Of a stretch of 64,000 nt of DNA, positions 25,312 to 38,544 are shown piece after piece; positions within the stretch are counted from its first letter, which is position 1, and each line of letters opens with the position of its first letter. The notes under the pieces were generated by a model, which saw only the letters and a list, made by a program, of their open reading frames with translations, searched no databases and had not been told where the DNA came from. Source of the stretch: Podarcis tiliguerta (lineage: Eukaryota); assembly GCA_965153285.1 (NCBI GenBank), contig OZ229110.1; one strand, given 5' to 3'. Both the position numbers and the translations under genes were made by a program.

Positions 25312-26419
25312 CCTTAAATGATGCCATCTGCTGATTGTATAAACAGATCATGAGTATGTAACTCTTGTACAGCCTTGTACTCTATTAAAAAAGCTGGAAA
25401 TACCTGTAGGTGGGCAATTATAAAAAAGGTCTCGTTCACAGCTTAAGATAACTGCCAGTGTCTTCATGTTAACCAGGGAGCCAAGGCAGTGCTTTTTGTT
25501 CCTGGCCAAGAATCACCAAGCACTGCTGTGCAAAGATGATAAGGAAGTTGAAGTACCCTGTATTTCCAGGATGCCATTTATCGGGCATTGCAGATTTTCT
25601 TGCCAATTTTATTTTAAAACCAACAGCCAAACTATAGCATTTATTAAGTCTGTTTTAAATGTCCAGGCACTTTAATTTCAGGGCTTCTCCTTAGAGTACA
25701 GGCAGCCTCAGTGGTGGTCTCTGAATGTTGTTGAACTCCCACTACAGCACTGCCTTAGGGGATCCCACTCCTCCGTATGTTTTTAAGGGTAGAGGCAGTG
25801 ACCAATAGTCGCTGTCCACACTAACTGATAAAGGTAAAAGGTAAAGGTACACTAACTGATACTGTACTCCATTTACACATTGCTTAAGAAGCTCAGTCCA
25901 GCAGAATGCTCCTGCTGGAGAAAAATACTGGTGCCCTTTCCCACTTCCTCAAGGTTATCCTTTTAAGCTCCTCAAAAGGAGCAACAAAACTAAGGGGGGG
26001 AAAGACATGGCATTTGTGGAGTCCCCATAGAGGAAATGAATTGAAGCAGGTGTGTTCTTAGGCTTACAGTTCAGAAAGTAAATGTCAGAGACAGCACTCG
26101 GTTACCGAAGTTAAGCACATGTAAAAACTGCTTCTGTTGAGCAAAGCTAAGTGCATGTACTATCCATATTACAAACAGAATTCTCCCCATAGTTTTAACA
26201 GATGAATTGAGACATTGTGAGTTTGGCTTGAATGGCTTCTCACAAAAGATACAAGTCCATCTAAAATTAAGGGGTTGAATCCAGAGTTCCATGGAGCCAA
26301 AGTCCAACCTGATGCTGCTACAGATGGTAGAGATGGAAAGGACACTGTCTCTGATCCCCCCTCCCCCTACGCACCTCTATTTCCCCCAAAAAATATTCTT
26401 AGGGACAGTTAGCAAATTG

Positions 26420-26680
26420 TTTATTGACTTGTATCACATAAAAATATTACAGAACCTTATTTAACTAACAAATCTTTTATTGACGTTTTAAACAAGGTGA
26501 TATTAACCGTGCAATCCTATGCATGTTTACTCAGAAGTAAGTCTCATTGTGTTCAATGGGACTTAATCCCATGTGTGTATAGGATTGCAGCATTACTTTT
26601 TGTTCAGCACAATGTGGAAAGTTAAAGCCCAGTGAAAACGCATTTCCCCTCACAAAGGTTATCCAGCTGTATATTTTATT
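26420..26680 (-). terminator. CARS1 candidate polyadenylation signals (three AATAAA)
   Basis: Plus-strand tttatt at 26675-26680, 26476-26481 and 26420-26425, downstream of the stop codon. Confidence 0.6.
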
Positions 26681-26708
26681 GAAGATGCAGATTGTCCAAG
26701 TTTTGTTC

Positions 26709-26843
26709 TTAGTTTGCAACTCCATTCTGAACCATTTGAAGATATTCTTTGTACAGTTTTTCTTGTGCTTCATAGAGTTTCTTTAGTTTCTTCGTTTGAC
26801 CTTTGCTGAGTTCTTTGCCTTCTGTGTCATGAGTTGGAAACCC
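26709..26843 (-). CDS. CARS1: CARS1 exon 23, coding part with stop
   Basis: [44 protein letters not shown]; TAA at 26711-26709. Confidence 0.96.
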   Translation of the reverse strand, partial: GFPTHDTEGKELSKGQTKKLKKLYEAQEKLYKEYLQMVQNGVAN

Positions 26844-27703
26844 CTGGAAAACATTAATTCATTATCTTAGGACCATGTTATCTCAACGTTTTTGTTTCTT
26901 TCTGCTGTGGTAATGCAATAGCATTATCCCTTTTCACCAGTAATTAGGCATTATCAACAAGAAAAATAAAAACCTGGGTTCTTTGCTTATTTATTCAAGC
27001 CCAATAAACCGCATATGTAACTCCAAAAGTTTCTGGAAAAAAGCAGTAACACATCAAGTTAGGAAATGATTTGGAAGAGTTTAAGGCTGAACCTCCTTAT
27101 TAAGTATCAGGTAGTAGTCCTTCTGGATGTCAACATGTCTGTCTCCCCTAGGTGCAGGAGGTAGGGTTGTTAGGACTCACCTGCCTTATCACTATTTCCC
27201 TTTGCATGCACAGAAAACCATAGACATGCGTCCTCATTGAAGAGGGGTGAAAAATGTGTCAAAGATACAAATATGAAAAGGATCTAGAATTTGTGGCTGT
27301 AACAAAAGACTCACATGCTTTAATACGATGCAGAGTTATTTGGGAGCAAGTCCCATTGAATTCAGTAGAGTTTACTTCTGCATAAACGTGCATAGGTTGT
27401 ACAGCTGGTGTAGTGTGGTGGTTGAGCTCTAGTTATGAACTCTCAGCCACTGTCTCCCTTCCCCTCCTCCCCAATATGCAATATAGGGGATAATAATACT
27501 GCCTTGCCTTACAGAGTGTTCTAAGGATTGCAGTTAGATAATGAACGTAAAGCACTTGGATCACTTAAAGTGCTACACAAATGTTAATAAAATAATGCTT
27601 GTCTGTCTGTCTGTCTGTCTATATTGTCCAGGACTGAACTAGCAGCTTTCCCCAGGATCCCTAAATACAATATTCAAGCAAGAAAAATCCCAGTAATGCT
27701 TAC

Positions 27704-27787
27704 ATTTTCATCAAATTTGGAATACTTGTCATGCTCCGATTTAAACATTTCTCCTGGTGGGATTTTCATTTTTGCCAATTTTACTGC
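27704..27787 (-). CDS. CARS1: CARS1 exon 22
   Basis: [28 protein letters not shown]. Confidence 0.95.
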
Positions 27788-29099
27788 CTGCAATATATTT
27801 AAAAAGTGTTACAACTCTGGAATACATGAATATCACAGCCAGTATTAACCTGCCTACATCAAAACAATTCCTGAAAACAAATTTAAGCTGATACTCTGAT
27901 GCTCATCCTTCCTAAGACACAACCCACCCCCGCAAAAGCATGTCAGAAAAGCATATAAGTCTTTGGGATTTAAAACTGGTTTGGGTCCTGAATACAAAAG
28001 TATCTTCAAAATCTGCTGAAACCCTATTTTCTCATACCATGTATCGCAAGATGTGAGAACAACCTGCAAAACAAATGCCCAATAAAGTTTTAAGAGACAC
28101 TTGTTATTTTAGCTTTATATTGGTAAGACATTCCCTTTTTAAAGAGATGCTGCTCTGTGCACTTGTGGTGTTGAAGATAGAGCTTTTAAATATATTGAAT
28201 TGGATCCAGATCCAAGCAGGAGGCGTGCTTACAAGACACTCCCATTGGTGGAATGGGGTAGGGAGGAGCAATTCTAGTGATCCCTCCTCCTGCCTGCAGC
28301 TCCCTATGCCCCTTGAAAAGCTGAGATGGAGGGAGCCTCCATAACACTATAGAAGGTCACAGAAGAGCCATTCTAAATGCAACCCAGCAATATGTTTATA
28401 GAAGACAGAGGCCTAGCAAAACATGAACAATTTGCAGATGATCAAAGCATACGCCAGGAGCAAAAATAGGCTTTGTACACATGGTAGGGGTGGAGAGATT
28501 GGGATGGTGGCATCAGAGAATATACAGCATGTTTGGGCTACCAGGCTATGACTGAAGCGGATTCAGTTTTGCCTGTAGATAAAGCCACCCCACACAACTG
28601 AGAAGCCATTTCCTTGTGTTTGGCAGCAAAACCCAATGTTCTCTCCTGAAAGATTCCAACACAAAATGTTTGGAATAAATGACTATAGGCAGAGAGTTGG
28701 CTGGGCAGGTCTCTCCACATCTCACTCTCTGCAAATGTTAGACTGTTGGTTCTGGAAAGAGGGTGTCTTTGGCAGCCTCTGCTAATTATATACTGTTGGA
28801 TGCTGGAGCAGTTGAGTTCAGCTGGAAGTCCTCGAGTGTCATTCATGCTGTAGGTCTACCAAAGTACTCAATGGTTTGGGAACGGCTGCTGGGCCAAAAG
28901 GTGGTTCAGGGGTGTATATGTGTTTGTAAGTATGTGTTGAGGGGCTGTGTGGATTAAGGTCTCTCTACCAATTCAGCTCTGCTTTGCAGCTCACATAACA
29001 GTAGGTGACATGAACGGAAGATAAAGCCTGAAACATGCCCTTTCTCGCCTGACATCAGTGTTATTAAAACCAGCCTTTAAAATGTATATTTAAAAAGTA

Positions 29100-29308
29100 C
29101 AGTGGTACCTCTGGTTACGTACTTAATTCATTCCAGAGGTTCGTTCTTAACCTGAGACACCACTTTAGCTAATGGGGCCTCCCACTGCTGCACCGCCGCC
29201 GCTGCGTGATTTCTGTTCTCATCCTGAAGCAAAGTTCTTAACCCGAGGTACTATTTCTGGGTTAGTGGAGTCTGTAACCTGAAGCGTATGTAACCCGAGG
29301 TACCACTG
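29100..29308 (-). mobile_element. Tc1/mariner MITE, family A copy 3 (opposite orientation)
   Basis: Same TIRs and TA TSD; ends about 16 bp from the CARS1 exon 21 boundary. Confidence 0.9.
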
Positions 29309-29324
29309 TATTTGGTTACTTTAC

Positions 29325-29384
29325 CTCCTGTTCCTGTTTCTTTCTAGCTGCCTCTTCTTTCTTCCTTTTTTTCTCTTCTTCAAT
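29325..29384 (-). CDS. CARS1: CARS1 exon 21
   Basis: IEEEKKRKKEEAARKKQEQE. Confidence 0.94.
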
Positions 29385-30372
29385 CTATGGAAGAAGAATT
29401 TGAAAAGCAACATTAGGATTTAAAAAATACAGAAGTAAATCACTGAGCATTTTATTAGCAAATCATCCACAGCTATGTTTTATACAATAGGATCCTAATC
29501 AAGCTGTTAGCTCTACAAAGTTCTATCCAGAACAACCAGTCTTTGACTTTTGAGGGAATTAAAATCATCAGCTCTGCATGTTCCTCATACATATTCACGT
29601 CCCAAGGTTCACCATAATGCAATAAAAATAGTATGTGTGCTAATGTAGTAATCTCAAGATTTATGTCGGAAGGTACTTGTTAGGTGGGTGGGGAGAATGG
29701 TGTCATTAATTTTATAGGAGTGCATCACCACTGAGGGCTACATCTATAAATGGGAAGTAACTTTTATTTTAGTTGCTTATAAATGACAGAGACATTTTTC
29801 TCTCTGAAGATGGCACTTGTCAGCTACAATGAGTGAACATACCAAGAGAATCCTAGAGTTCTCTTATTCAGAAACTCTGATAAGCAAATGCCAGGAAAAA
29901 TTGCAGAGCTTTTTAAAAGGAAAGAAAGGAGCTTGGAACACTGGCCATGTTAAAATCCTTTGGTCAGTTGATTGTGTGTTAATTACAGGAGTTTACCTGG
30001 TTTACAAATGCCAGGATTGCCACAGATTACAGGAGGGTCGGGGGGGCGAGGCGACTGGCAAAGCGCCAGTAGGGCAGTGGAGCCAATATAGCTCTACAAT
30101 CACTGCACCCACACCACCCGCCCACCACCTTGCCCCTCCCCCTAACCAGCTGTATCCCTATTGGGAAGCCAAGTGGGCGGTGCTGCCTCGCCCCATCAAC
30201 TGCTACAGAAGGGCTTTGCATGGTTGGTGGGGTCTATAAAGCCCAAGATCCCCAGCAGAAGCTGTGCTTGTGGAAGGAGACTGATGCAGGCTATATTCCT
30301 CTGACCGTCCGAAATGACGTTAGACAAAAACTAGGCACATCTAGACAGGAACTAGTTCAAATAACGTATAAC

Positions 30373-30440
30373 CTTTTTCTTCTCTTCTCTTTCTTTTAGT
30401 AAGGTGTCTCTGTCCACTAGCTTGACCACAGTTGGGAGTC
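30373..30440 (-). CDS. CARS1: CARS1 exon 20
   Basis: [23 protein letters not shown]. Confidence 0.95.
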
Positions 30441-30906
30441 CTACAATAAAAGCATTACAAGGAATAAATGATCATATATATTACTACTTTTAAGTATTTA
30501 GCCCAATGATACACCAGGGATGGAAACATGTGGCCCTCTAGATGCTGCTGAACTCCTCTGCAGCTATTTAAAATATACATCACACTGTTGAACATAAAAG
30601 GCAGAACACACTTAATTGATGGACAACTCTTGGAAAGTTTGAGAAACTATGATTTCTTGCTATTATTTGATATTGTGTCTATTTCACATCCAAATCATCA
30701 CCATATTTACTTGGAAGAAAATCCTACTGAAATGCCACTTCTACATAAATGTTTCTAGCATTGCATCTTTTAAGAGTCTAAGGTGCTTGACAAACCTCAT
30801 TCATTTTGTTACTGCACCTCATTACTGTTAGTTGGAAACAGACACCAGGATGTAATAACTTGTCGAAAGCAAGACTGGAGCTCAGTTTGATTTCCAACTT
30901 AATTAC

Positions 30907-30987
30907 CTTCATGATCTTCAAACCGAACTCCATGCTCGGGAAGGACATCATCTCGAAGAGAATCACATAGTTGCAGAACTTCAAACA
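30907..30987 (-). CDS. CARS1: CARS1 exon 19
   Basis: [27 protein letters not shown]. Confidence 0.95.
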
Positions 30988-33917
30988 CTACAATTACAAA
31001 GAATAAAATGAAACCGTTAATATCAACGTCTGCAAAAGTTCTTATCTTTTGGTCAGGTGGATGTTTTATAAGAAGGGAACACCACCTTTTATTATGTCAT
31101 GGAGCAATGGGTTTGCTCTCCCCCTTTTGGATGAATGACATTTCCAATTCCACTATGCTATGGGGTGGGGGAGAACTCCACAGTTGCTATTCTTCTTCAG
31201 TACTAAACACATGTGCTAGGGAGTAGGTCCTTGGAACACAGTGGGATTTAATTGCTAGCAGAAATACATATGATTTTCTCCCCACGCTCAACTCTGTAGT
31301 CCTTGTCTCTGCTTTCCTCCCCTTCCTTCCTTTTCACTGAACCTCCATCTTGGAAAGCAGAAGTCAAAAGTCTCCTGGAGTGACATAGGATTATATTATA
31401 AGTACTACAGCATAAGCTATCAACTCATGAAAAAAGGTTGAGGTGAACTGGGGCATTAGCCAGTTCCTCCCCACTCTACATAACAGGTAGAGATATCCAT
31501 TTTGTTAGAACTATTAGCCTCTTAGAGTGATTTAAAGTCTGCTTGCCCGCCTCTAAGCCTGCGTATCTTAATAATAATAGGTCTTTTAGAAGTGGGCAGG
31601 ATGCTTTTAATTGAATATGTTTTCCTCTCTGTTTTAATGTATCTGTGTGAGGTTTTTTTCTGTCTGCCTGGTTTTAAGTCGTTTGGGTTGCCCTGGACAA
31701 GATAAAGTGACTAACAAATTTAATAAATATCAAAATAATATCTTCATCACCAGTAGCTCAACAAAAACTAGGGAGTTAAAAAAAATCCTCTTTAAATACA
31801 CGCTGAAAAGTATTGTCATGAACAGGTGAAGAAAAAGCTATAAGTGCTCTGGAAGGAAGGTATTCTCTGCAGTTGCTCTGCATTGATGTCTCCCTGAGTT
31901 ATAAATATTCACCAGCCTAAAACTATGAATAATTAAACTTTAGTGGCAAAGAGGAGAAAATTCCTTCTTGGCAGAGGAGAATGAGAGATGTGTGTATAAA
32001 AAACCCACATTATGCGGAGGATGAGAATATTATCCAAGGTATTATATTTTCTGAAGAATTAATATTCAGGCATCAGGAATTACTTCAGGACTAACGTGCG
32101 CCAACAGTGTGTTTTCAGAGGGACATCAAAGACAGAAGGTTTTAGTGATAATCCATAGAAGAGCATGTGCCAAATCCTGATGAAAGGCATGCTCAACTAC
32201 AATCTGCTTCACTACAGCAGTCTCCTTCCTCCAATTGCACAGCCACATACTTCTGAACCACAAGGGCTTTTTCACCCTCAAATGCTGCTGGTGGTGCAAT
32301 GCAGAGGAGAGAGATATATTAAAACAAGTACCACCCTGTCTGCATGCACACTGTTCCTGCATGTACATAAATGCATTTGATTACTTATAACCAACACTAC
32401 TATGAAGAAGATTATTAGATTTCTATAGGTGCACCAGTATGGAGGTCACCACTTTTGCTCCAGTGAGCCAACACAATTGTTTGGCGACTGAACTCATGAT
32501 TTGAAGTTCCTTATTCTCAAAGGAAGGAGCTGAAAAGAAAACTCGACTGACATTCCTTGGCAAGGCTTCATTAGAGGGAAAAATTCTTTTCAATGTACAG
32601 CTATCAAATTATTTGAGGGGGGTAGTTTTCTTTCATTCACTGTGCGTTATCACTAGAACATCAAAAAAGCAAATCAGCTCCCTGCTAAGAATGACCAGTG
32701 TTGCTCTCAGGGTTTCTGGTGTCTACTCTTCTTGTACCAGGGATAAAGGAAATTTTATTTGCTTGGCATTTTTATATCCCACAATTAAGATCCTCCACTT
32801 CATGATCAATGTTTGAGTGAGTACTTTGCTGAAACTCCAATTCTCTCTCTCTCAAGAAAGAAAGCTTTCCACATATAAATGATGAGGCTCTGCAATGTCT
32901 GAAAATAAGAGGATAAGAAGGCACATTGCCTCAGCTCAGAGTTTTATAGGAAGTTGTAATGAACGCTGTTTAGGGTCCTTTGCCTTTTGATGAAGTTCAC
33001 CTGCCCCTCAGTCTTATCCATGCATTGCTGCAGGAAGTGATGGACTCACACACCCCAAGTTTAAGTACTAGCTCCTAAGGCACTATCAGATATAACCATG
33101 GAATACACAGGTTTTCTTTTCCAGCTTCAAAAATATGCCTCCAGAGGAATATAACTGAGGGAAGACAACCCCTGACATACCACAGTAAGATTACTACTAT
33201 GCAGTTAAGAGAAATTCTATGTATTTTTCAAAATCAAAGCACATACATTATAGGGATTTTTCTGTCAAAACACACAAGTTTTAATTGGTATATCCTATGG
33301 AATAATGTTAAGCGGCATTCTGAAAACTCACAATACAAATAAGGGCCATCGTTTACTTTCATCTGGTAAGAACAGGGCAAACACATATATGTAAACACAT
33401 TTGCATACATAGACATTCACATGAGGGATGGTCCAATAAACTTTGCTATCTGAGGTGAAACAACAAATGGCACATTCTCCACCCTGACCCAAAGTCAAGG
33501 AACAGAGGAAAGCTGTCTTTCTTTTTTTCCTTTTCTTTTTTTTGGCACCTAAGGCAGAAAATCCAACAAGCGCCTGCTCCATCCCAGCAATAAAATACGG
33601 TAATAATAAATGATTTGCTGCCCTTTCATGACTTGCATAATCAGCTGCCTCAATCTGGTTAATGGCAGAGCTGGCCCAGACTCATACGCAAGTAAAACGC
33701 AAGGCAAATGCAGGCAGACACCTCCCTAGTTTTTTTTGCTTTAAGAGTTTTGAAGAGTACATGCGTCTGTGTGCCCACACTCACATCGAGCAAGCAGATG
33801 AACAAGCGTGAGGAAGAAAACAAAGCACTATGGTACAAATAAAAATGACATTTCGTAAGACAATTGCACATTTGTGGAGATTTCCATTTGTAAAAAAAAG
33901 CACAGAGTTAACGTCAC

Positions 33918-33999
33918 CTTTCTTTTCTCGGGCAATTTGCCGCACACCTTCTCTGAACTCGGACAAAACCTGTAGGTATGGCATCACTGTAGATTCAAG
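33918..33999 (-). CDS. CARS1: CARS1 exon 18
   Basis: [27 protein letters not shown]. Confidence 0.95.
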
Positions 34000-34674
34000 C
34001 TGCAGAATGAAACATTTTGTCCATTAGTTGAGAGTCAACCCATTTCTTTCTGGTTTCCTCTGAAAATACTGCTAGGAAGCATAGGAACATTGGGAGCAAT
34101 TCAGTATAGAGCTAAGCAGATTGCTCCATCAGCACAACCATTTCTGCTTGCCTGATGGAGCTATCTGCCCTCCACCCCCCTGTGTGCTGTTCTGGGGGTT
34201 CTCCTGACCACCCCCAAGAATCAATTTGGCTGGGGTGGGAGAGAGGAGAAGAGACAAAGTCCTTACACTTCTGCTGGCAGCACTCGTTGGTTGAATGGTG
34301 CCCATAAGACACTATCTTCTACCACGTCAGATCACTGGCCAATCCCAGCTCAGTACTGACTACTCTGACCGGCAGCGGCTGTCTAGGGTTTCTGGCAGTA
34401 GTCCCTCCCAGTCCTATATCTAGATATGACCTTCGCAAGCAAAGCTTTGGCTCGACAACTGAACTCTGGCCCTTCCTTGCTATGCTCTCACATACAAATA
34501 TAATTCTTCTCTCTTACCTAAATGCAATTGGAGTAATTCTGTGATTCAGTTTTACTGCAGAATTTTATATTCGTATGAGCAGAAAAAGTGGCTTTGCTTC
34601 AGCATGTAATCCAATTTTTCTGAAAGCCATGAGCAGAGTTGAGATTGTCACAGTAAAATTTCCGTACAACTTAC

Positions 34675-34743
34675 ATTTAAGTTTTGGGCACTTCCTCCAA
34701 CTGGGAATCCGATAGCCTCATCGCTTTCTATAGCACCGAACAC
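34675..34743 (-). CDS. CARS1: CARS1 exon 17
   Basis: VFGAIESDEAIGFPVGGSAQNLN. Confidence 0.94.
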
Positions 34744-35289
34744 CTATGCAAGTGAAACACAAAACAAACTGAAAAAACACGCAGCAGCAGATACTTTAAC
34801 ACTGACAGAAAATCCAGCCCCAAAAGCTGTGAACAAAACTTTGCTGGGCAAATGAGTTTCCTAGACACTGTCTGCACTGGGTTGGAGCTGCAATTAAGAC
34901 ATTATTTCCAAGAGTAAACATTGCTCATAGCATGGCCTCCTGGAAGTACAGGGGACTGCAATATTTCTACGATCTTTGCATAGCAGTGCTTGATGACCAT
35001 TTATCTATGTCCAGGAAACAGCAAAACTTTGCAAATAATTCAAGTACTACCACTGTTTTATACTGATAGCTAATCCTTCTTTTAAAAGTGCTACATTTTT
35101 GTCACAATTATTTCCTTGTGGTAGGGGAATCCCTCCAGAAGTTGCTGGGCTGCAACCCACAAACATCTCCAGCTTGGCTCATGGTCAGGAATGACTGGAG
35201 TCTTATCTAAACAGTGAAAAGGCTGACACATTCCCCCACAGTTACAACACACATGCAGCAGTTTCAAAGGTTTTGTGAAAATCCCATAC

Positions 35290-35479
35290 CTTGAACATCT
35301 GTGTAAGATAGAGACTTATATTTTCCAGCAGCATTCTATTTGGCATTTGCCTCGCAGTTTTCTTTGCAGCAATGTAGGAATTACACTGACTGACCAGCGA
35401 TCGCACTTCTTCCAAAACTGTGCGTGTATCAATGTTGTCACACAAGGCTTCATGGACTGCTAGCTTCTTGTCATAAAAA
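35290..35479 (-). CDS. CARS1: CARS1 exon 16
   Basis: [63 protein letters not shown]. Confidence 0.96.
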
Positions 35480-37279
35480 CTAGCCAAGGAGGGCAGGGAA
35501 ACAGAGAAGGACCAACATGTCATTTGTGTCATCCTTAATGGTTTTCAGCCAAAGATTCCAGTATTCCATAGATAAAAGAAAGCCAAAAGCATTTCAGTAC
35601 TTTACTTGCTAGGATAAAACCTGAACGGGCAGATAGTGGGAGAGAAAAGCCCTACCACATACTTGGTGGCAACATTCAGATGTCATGATAAACAATGGTT
35701 CACCATGATGAAAACAAGCCAACCCTACCTCCAGGCTTGTACACTCCTCCTGCCATTTCTAAACTCAGGTTCAAGTGGCACAAGTCAGGAAATTGCATAT
35801 TTACATGAAAGACTCTTTTAGCAGCAGTTAGAAATTGAGCAAGAAATACAAGAAGTAGTCAGTATCTGACTAGACTCCCACATACACCATTTCTCTCTTG
35901 CATTTCAGAGTACATACTGAAAAAAAGACACAGATCTTGAAACCAGCTTTGGAAGGAGAGAAAAGAATCAAACAACTTGCCAGGTAAATGAAGGATAAGA
36001 AATATGAAGAACGTTATGGACTGAAGCATGGAAAATTACAAAAGAGAGAGAGAGAAAGTTATCAGAGAAGAAAAACACAAGAAAAGCAAATCCATGAAGA
36101 GAATATGATATAATGGCGCTAAAAAACAGAAAACATTTACATTACAGAGAAAGCATTTTATTTTAACAATCCTGTCAATCAAATCTGTAAATGTAGCACT
36201 CTTCTGACTCCTCTGATGAATTACAATAAGTACTATAAGATTTATTAGTGGCATTCAGAAATCATGACAGGTACAAGCCTGGGGCTTGTGTACCTCCTCC
36301 CTCTGGTGTGGCAATCAGAAGTTCAGAAGCTTTTGCTTCTGTTTCTGATTAACTGCAGTGTGTCATGTTGTCAAAACCAGACAAACTGTGGTCAACTATG
36401 GATTGCGTCAAACAAACCAACTTTACATCATGAGTTAAGAAAGCTGGATTGTTTCAATCAATCATAATTAGTTGAACCACAGTTTAAGGTTTGGATGCAG
36501 GGCTAAGGTGTGGTTAATCAAAACCAGATGCAAAAGAAAGTCTGAGGTTCCCTGTGGGTTGTTTTCACAATTAACCATCGTTTACCTTGACATCCTAATA
36601 CAGCCATTTAAAGCACCAGGATTAACAAAACAGTTAGGTGTTTGAATAGAAAACGTAAGTATCTAGCTGCAATCCACAAGCCAGTTAAGTCAAGTCTAAT
36701 GAGACTGAGTACATTCTGAGAAGTTTGGTTTTCAGGTATTATTTAAAACAACCATATCTAATCCCTGAGGTGATGAAAAGAAAAATAAGAAATGTGTGGT
36801 CAGTGCTTAATAAACTACAGAAGCCAAGAAAGGGTAGAGGAAATTCCCAGTGTCAGGGGTCTGCCTATAATAGCCCCCAGTGCTCTATTTACTCATGCAT
36901 GACAGAATAAAGTATGCAAAACAAATACATTGATATAAAGTTGTTTCATGTTCCTAATTTATGCAGGTTTCAGAATTTAGCTTTTGGGATGCAGTGTGTG
37001 TTTAGTAAAAATAAGTAAGGAAACACATCTATGTGAAGAACGAAGAAAAACAGTAAGAAAGCACGTGAAAGGATCTAGGATCTGCACCACAAGCAGTCTG
37101 ATTGCTATGTGAATTAACAAGTAACTGAGATCCAGGGGAAAGTGTTGTAGAAATGCAAGATTATCAGGACCTTGCTTGCACCAAAAGGAAATGCCAGTTT
37201 GAAAAATGGGATCCATTACCATGAATATACAAATGTCTATTCATGAAGAAAGGAGGGGGAAAACAGGTTTCTCACTCAC

Positions 37280-37377
37280 CTTTTATTCAGCTCTATTTCC
37301 TGGTTTTCCCATTTTTCAAACTGGCCTGTCACATCAGCGGGGGCCCGAAGGATGTCCTTCACATTTAAAAAGAACTC
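37280..37377 (-). CDS. CARS1: CARS1 exon 15
   Basis: [32 protein letters not shown]. Confidence 0.95.
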
Positions 37378-38098
37378 CTAAAAGGGGGAGGGAAAGAGCC
37401 CACAGTCTGAAATCTTCCTGTTGCAAAGTATACTGTCCAGTTAGCTATTTCAATACTCATATCAGACTCACTTTCAGCCAAGAACAAGATATACCCTGCA
37501 TCTGCCAAGAAAAGCAACTTTTCTATTACCTGCTGTCAAGCTGATTTTTGTCTATGCTGTGACTTAGCATAATGTGATATGACACATTAACAAAAAAGCT
37601 AATGGTGTTTGCAATTAATGAAATTCAAGACGCTTCATCAGGTCTCAGGCAAAAACAGGATAATGATGACCTACATCCTACTTCCCCCCCACGCCACTGC
37701 CCATTACAGTCTGAAGGATACCTTTCCAAGAGAGATCTTTTATTTAACTTCCTACTACTACTAAGTTTCCTGTTGGTTACTATTGTCTTACCACAATATA
37801 TATGCAAATATAGGATATATCAAGCACATAGAACAGATTAGGTTGACCAAGTTGTTTTGAGCAGATTTGGGGATGAGAGAATTGGTGAATGGATACAAGA
37901 GCTTTTAAAAATGGTTTGCAAAGCCTAGATTTGGGGTGCAGATCTGGTAAGAGATTAATAAAACGATAGGCCAACCTGCTAAACCTGAGCACATATATTA
38001 TACATATAAAGTCAGCAGAAGAAAACACCTGGTACATCACATTACTACAACCCAAAATTTGTACAGCAGAAAAATGTGAAGAGGGGAAGTGAACTTAC

Positions 38099-38202
38099 AT
38101 TCATGAATTTCTCATACTGAATAGCGGACTCCATGGTGTTGTTGGAATAGTCTAGCGTATCCTTCCAGGAATGCATAAGAAAAGCCAGCCGTAATTGCCG
38201 AG
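38099..38202 (-). CDS. CARS1: CARS1 exon 14
   Basis: [35 protein letters not shown]. Confidence 0.96.
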
Positions 38203-38388
38203 CTGTTGAGAGTTTTAAAAAGAAAATGGAAAAGTGTAGGAGGATATGGGACTACAGCAGAAACCACGGTGCCAAAGACAATAGAAAAGAAATTTTCATA
38301 AATGAAAAAAAAAATCAGTCAGATTAATCATTAGCTGGTTTCAAAAATGATTAAAAAAAATAAAATAATGGAAACTGTTCCTTCCTTA

Positions 38389-38544
<156 letters not shown>

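Noticed and set aside
29817-30399. 140-aa and neighbouring plus-strand ORFs in CARS1 intron 20
   Set aside because: No domain signature; they overlap repeat-like GC-rich sequence antisense to CARS1
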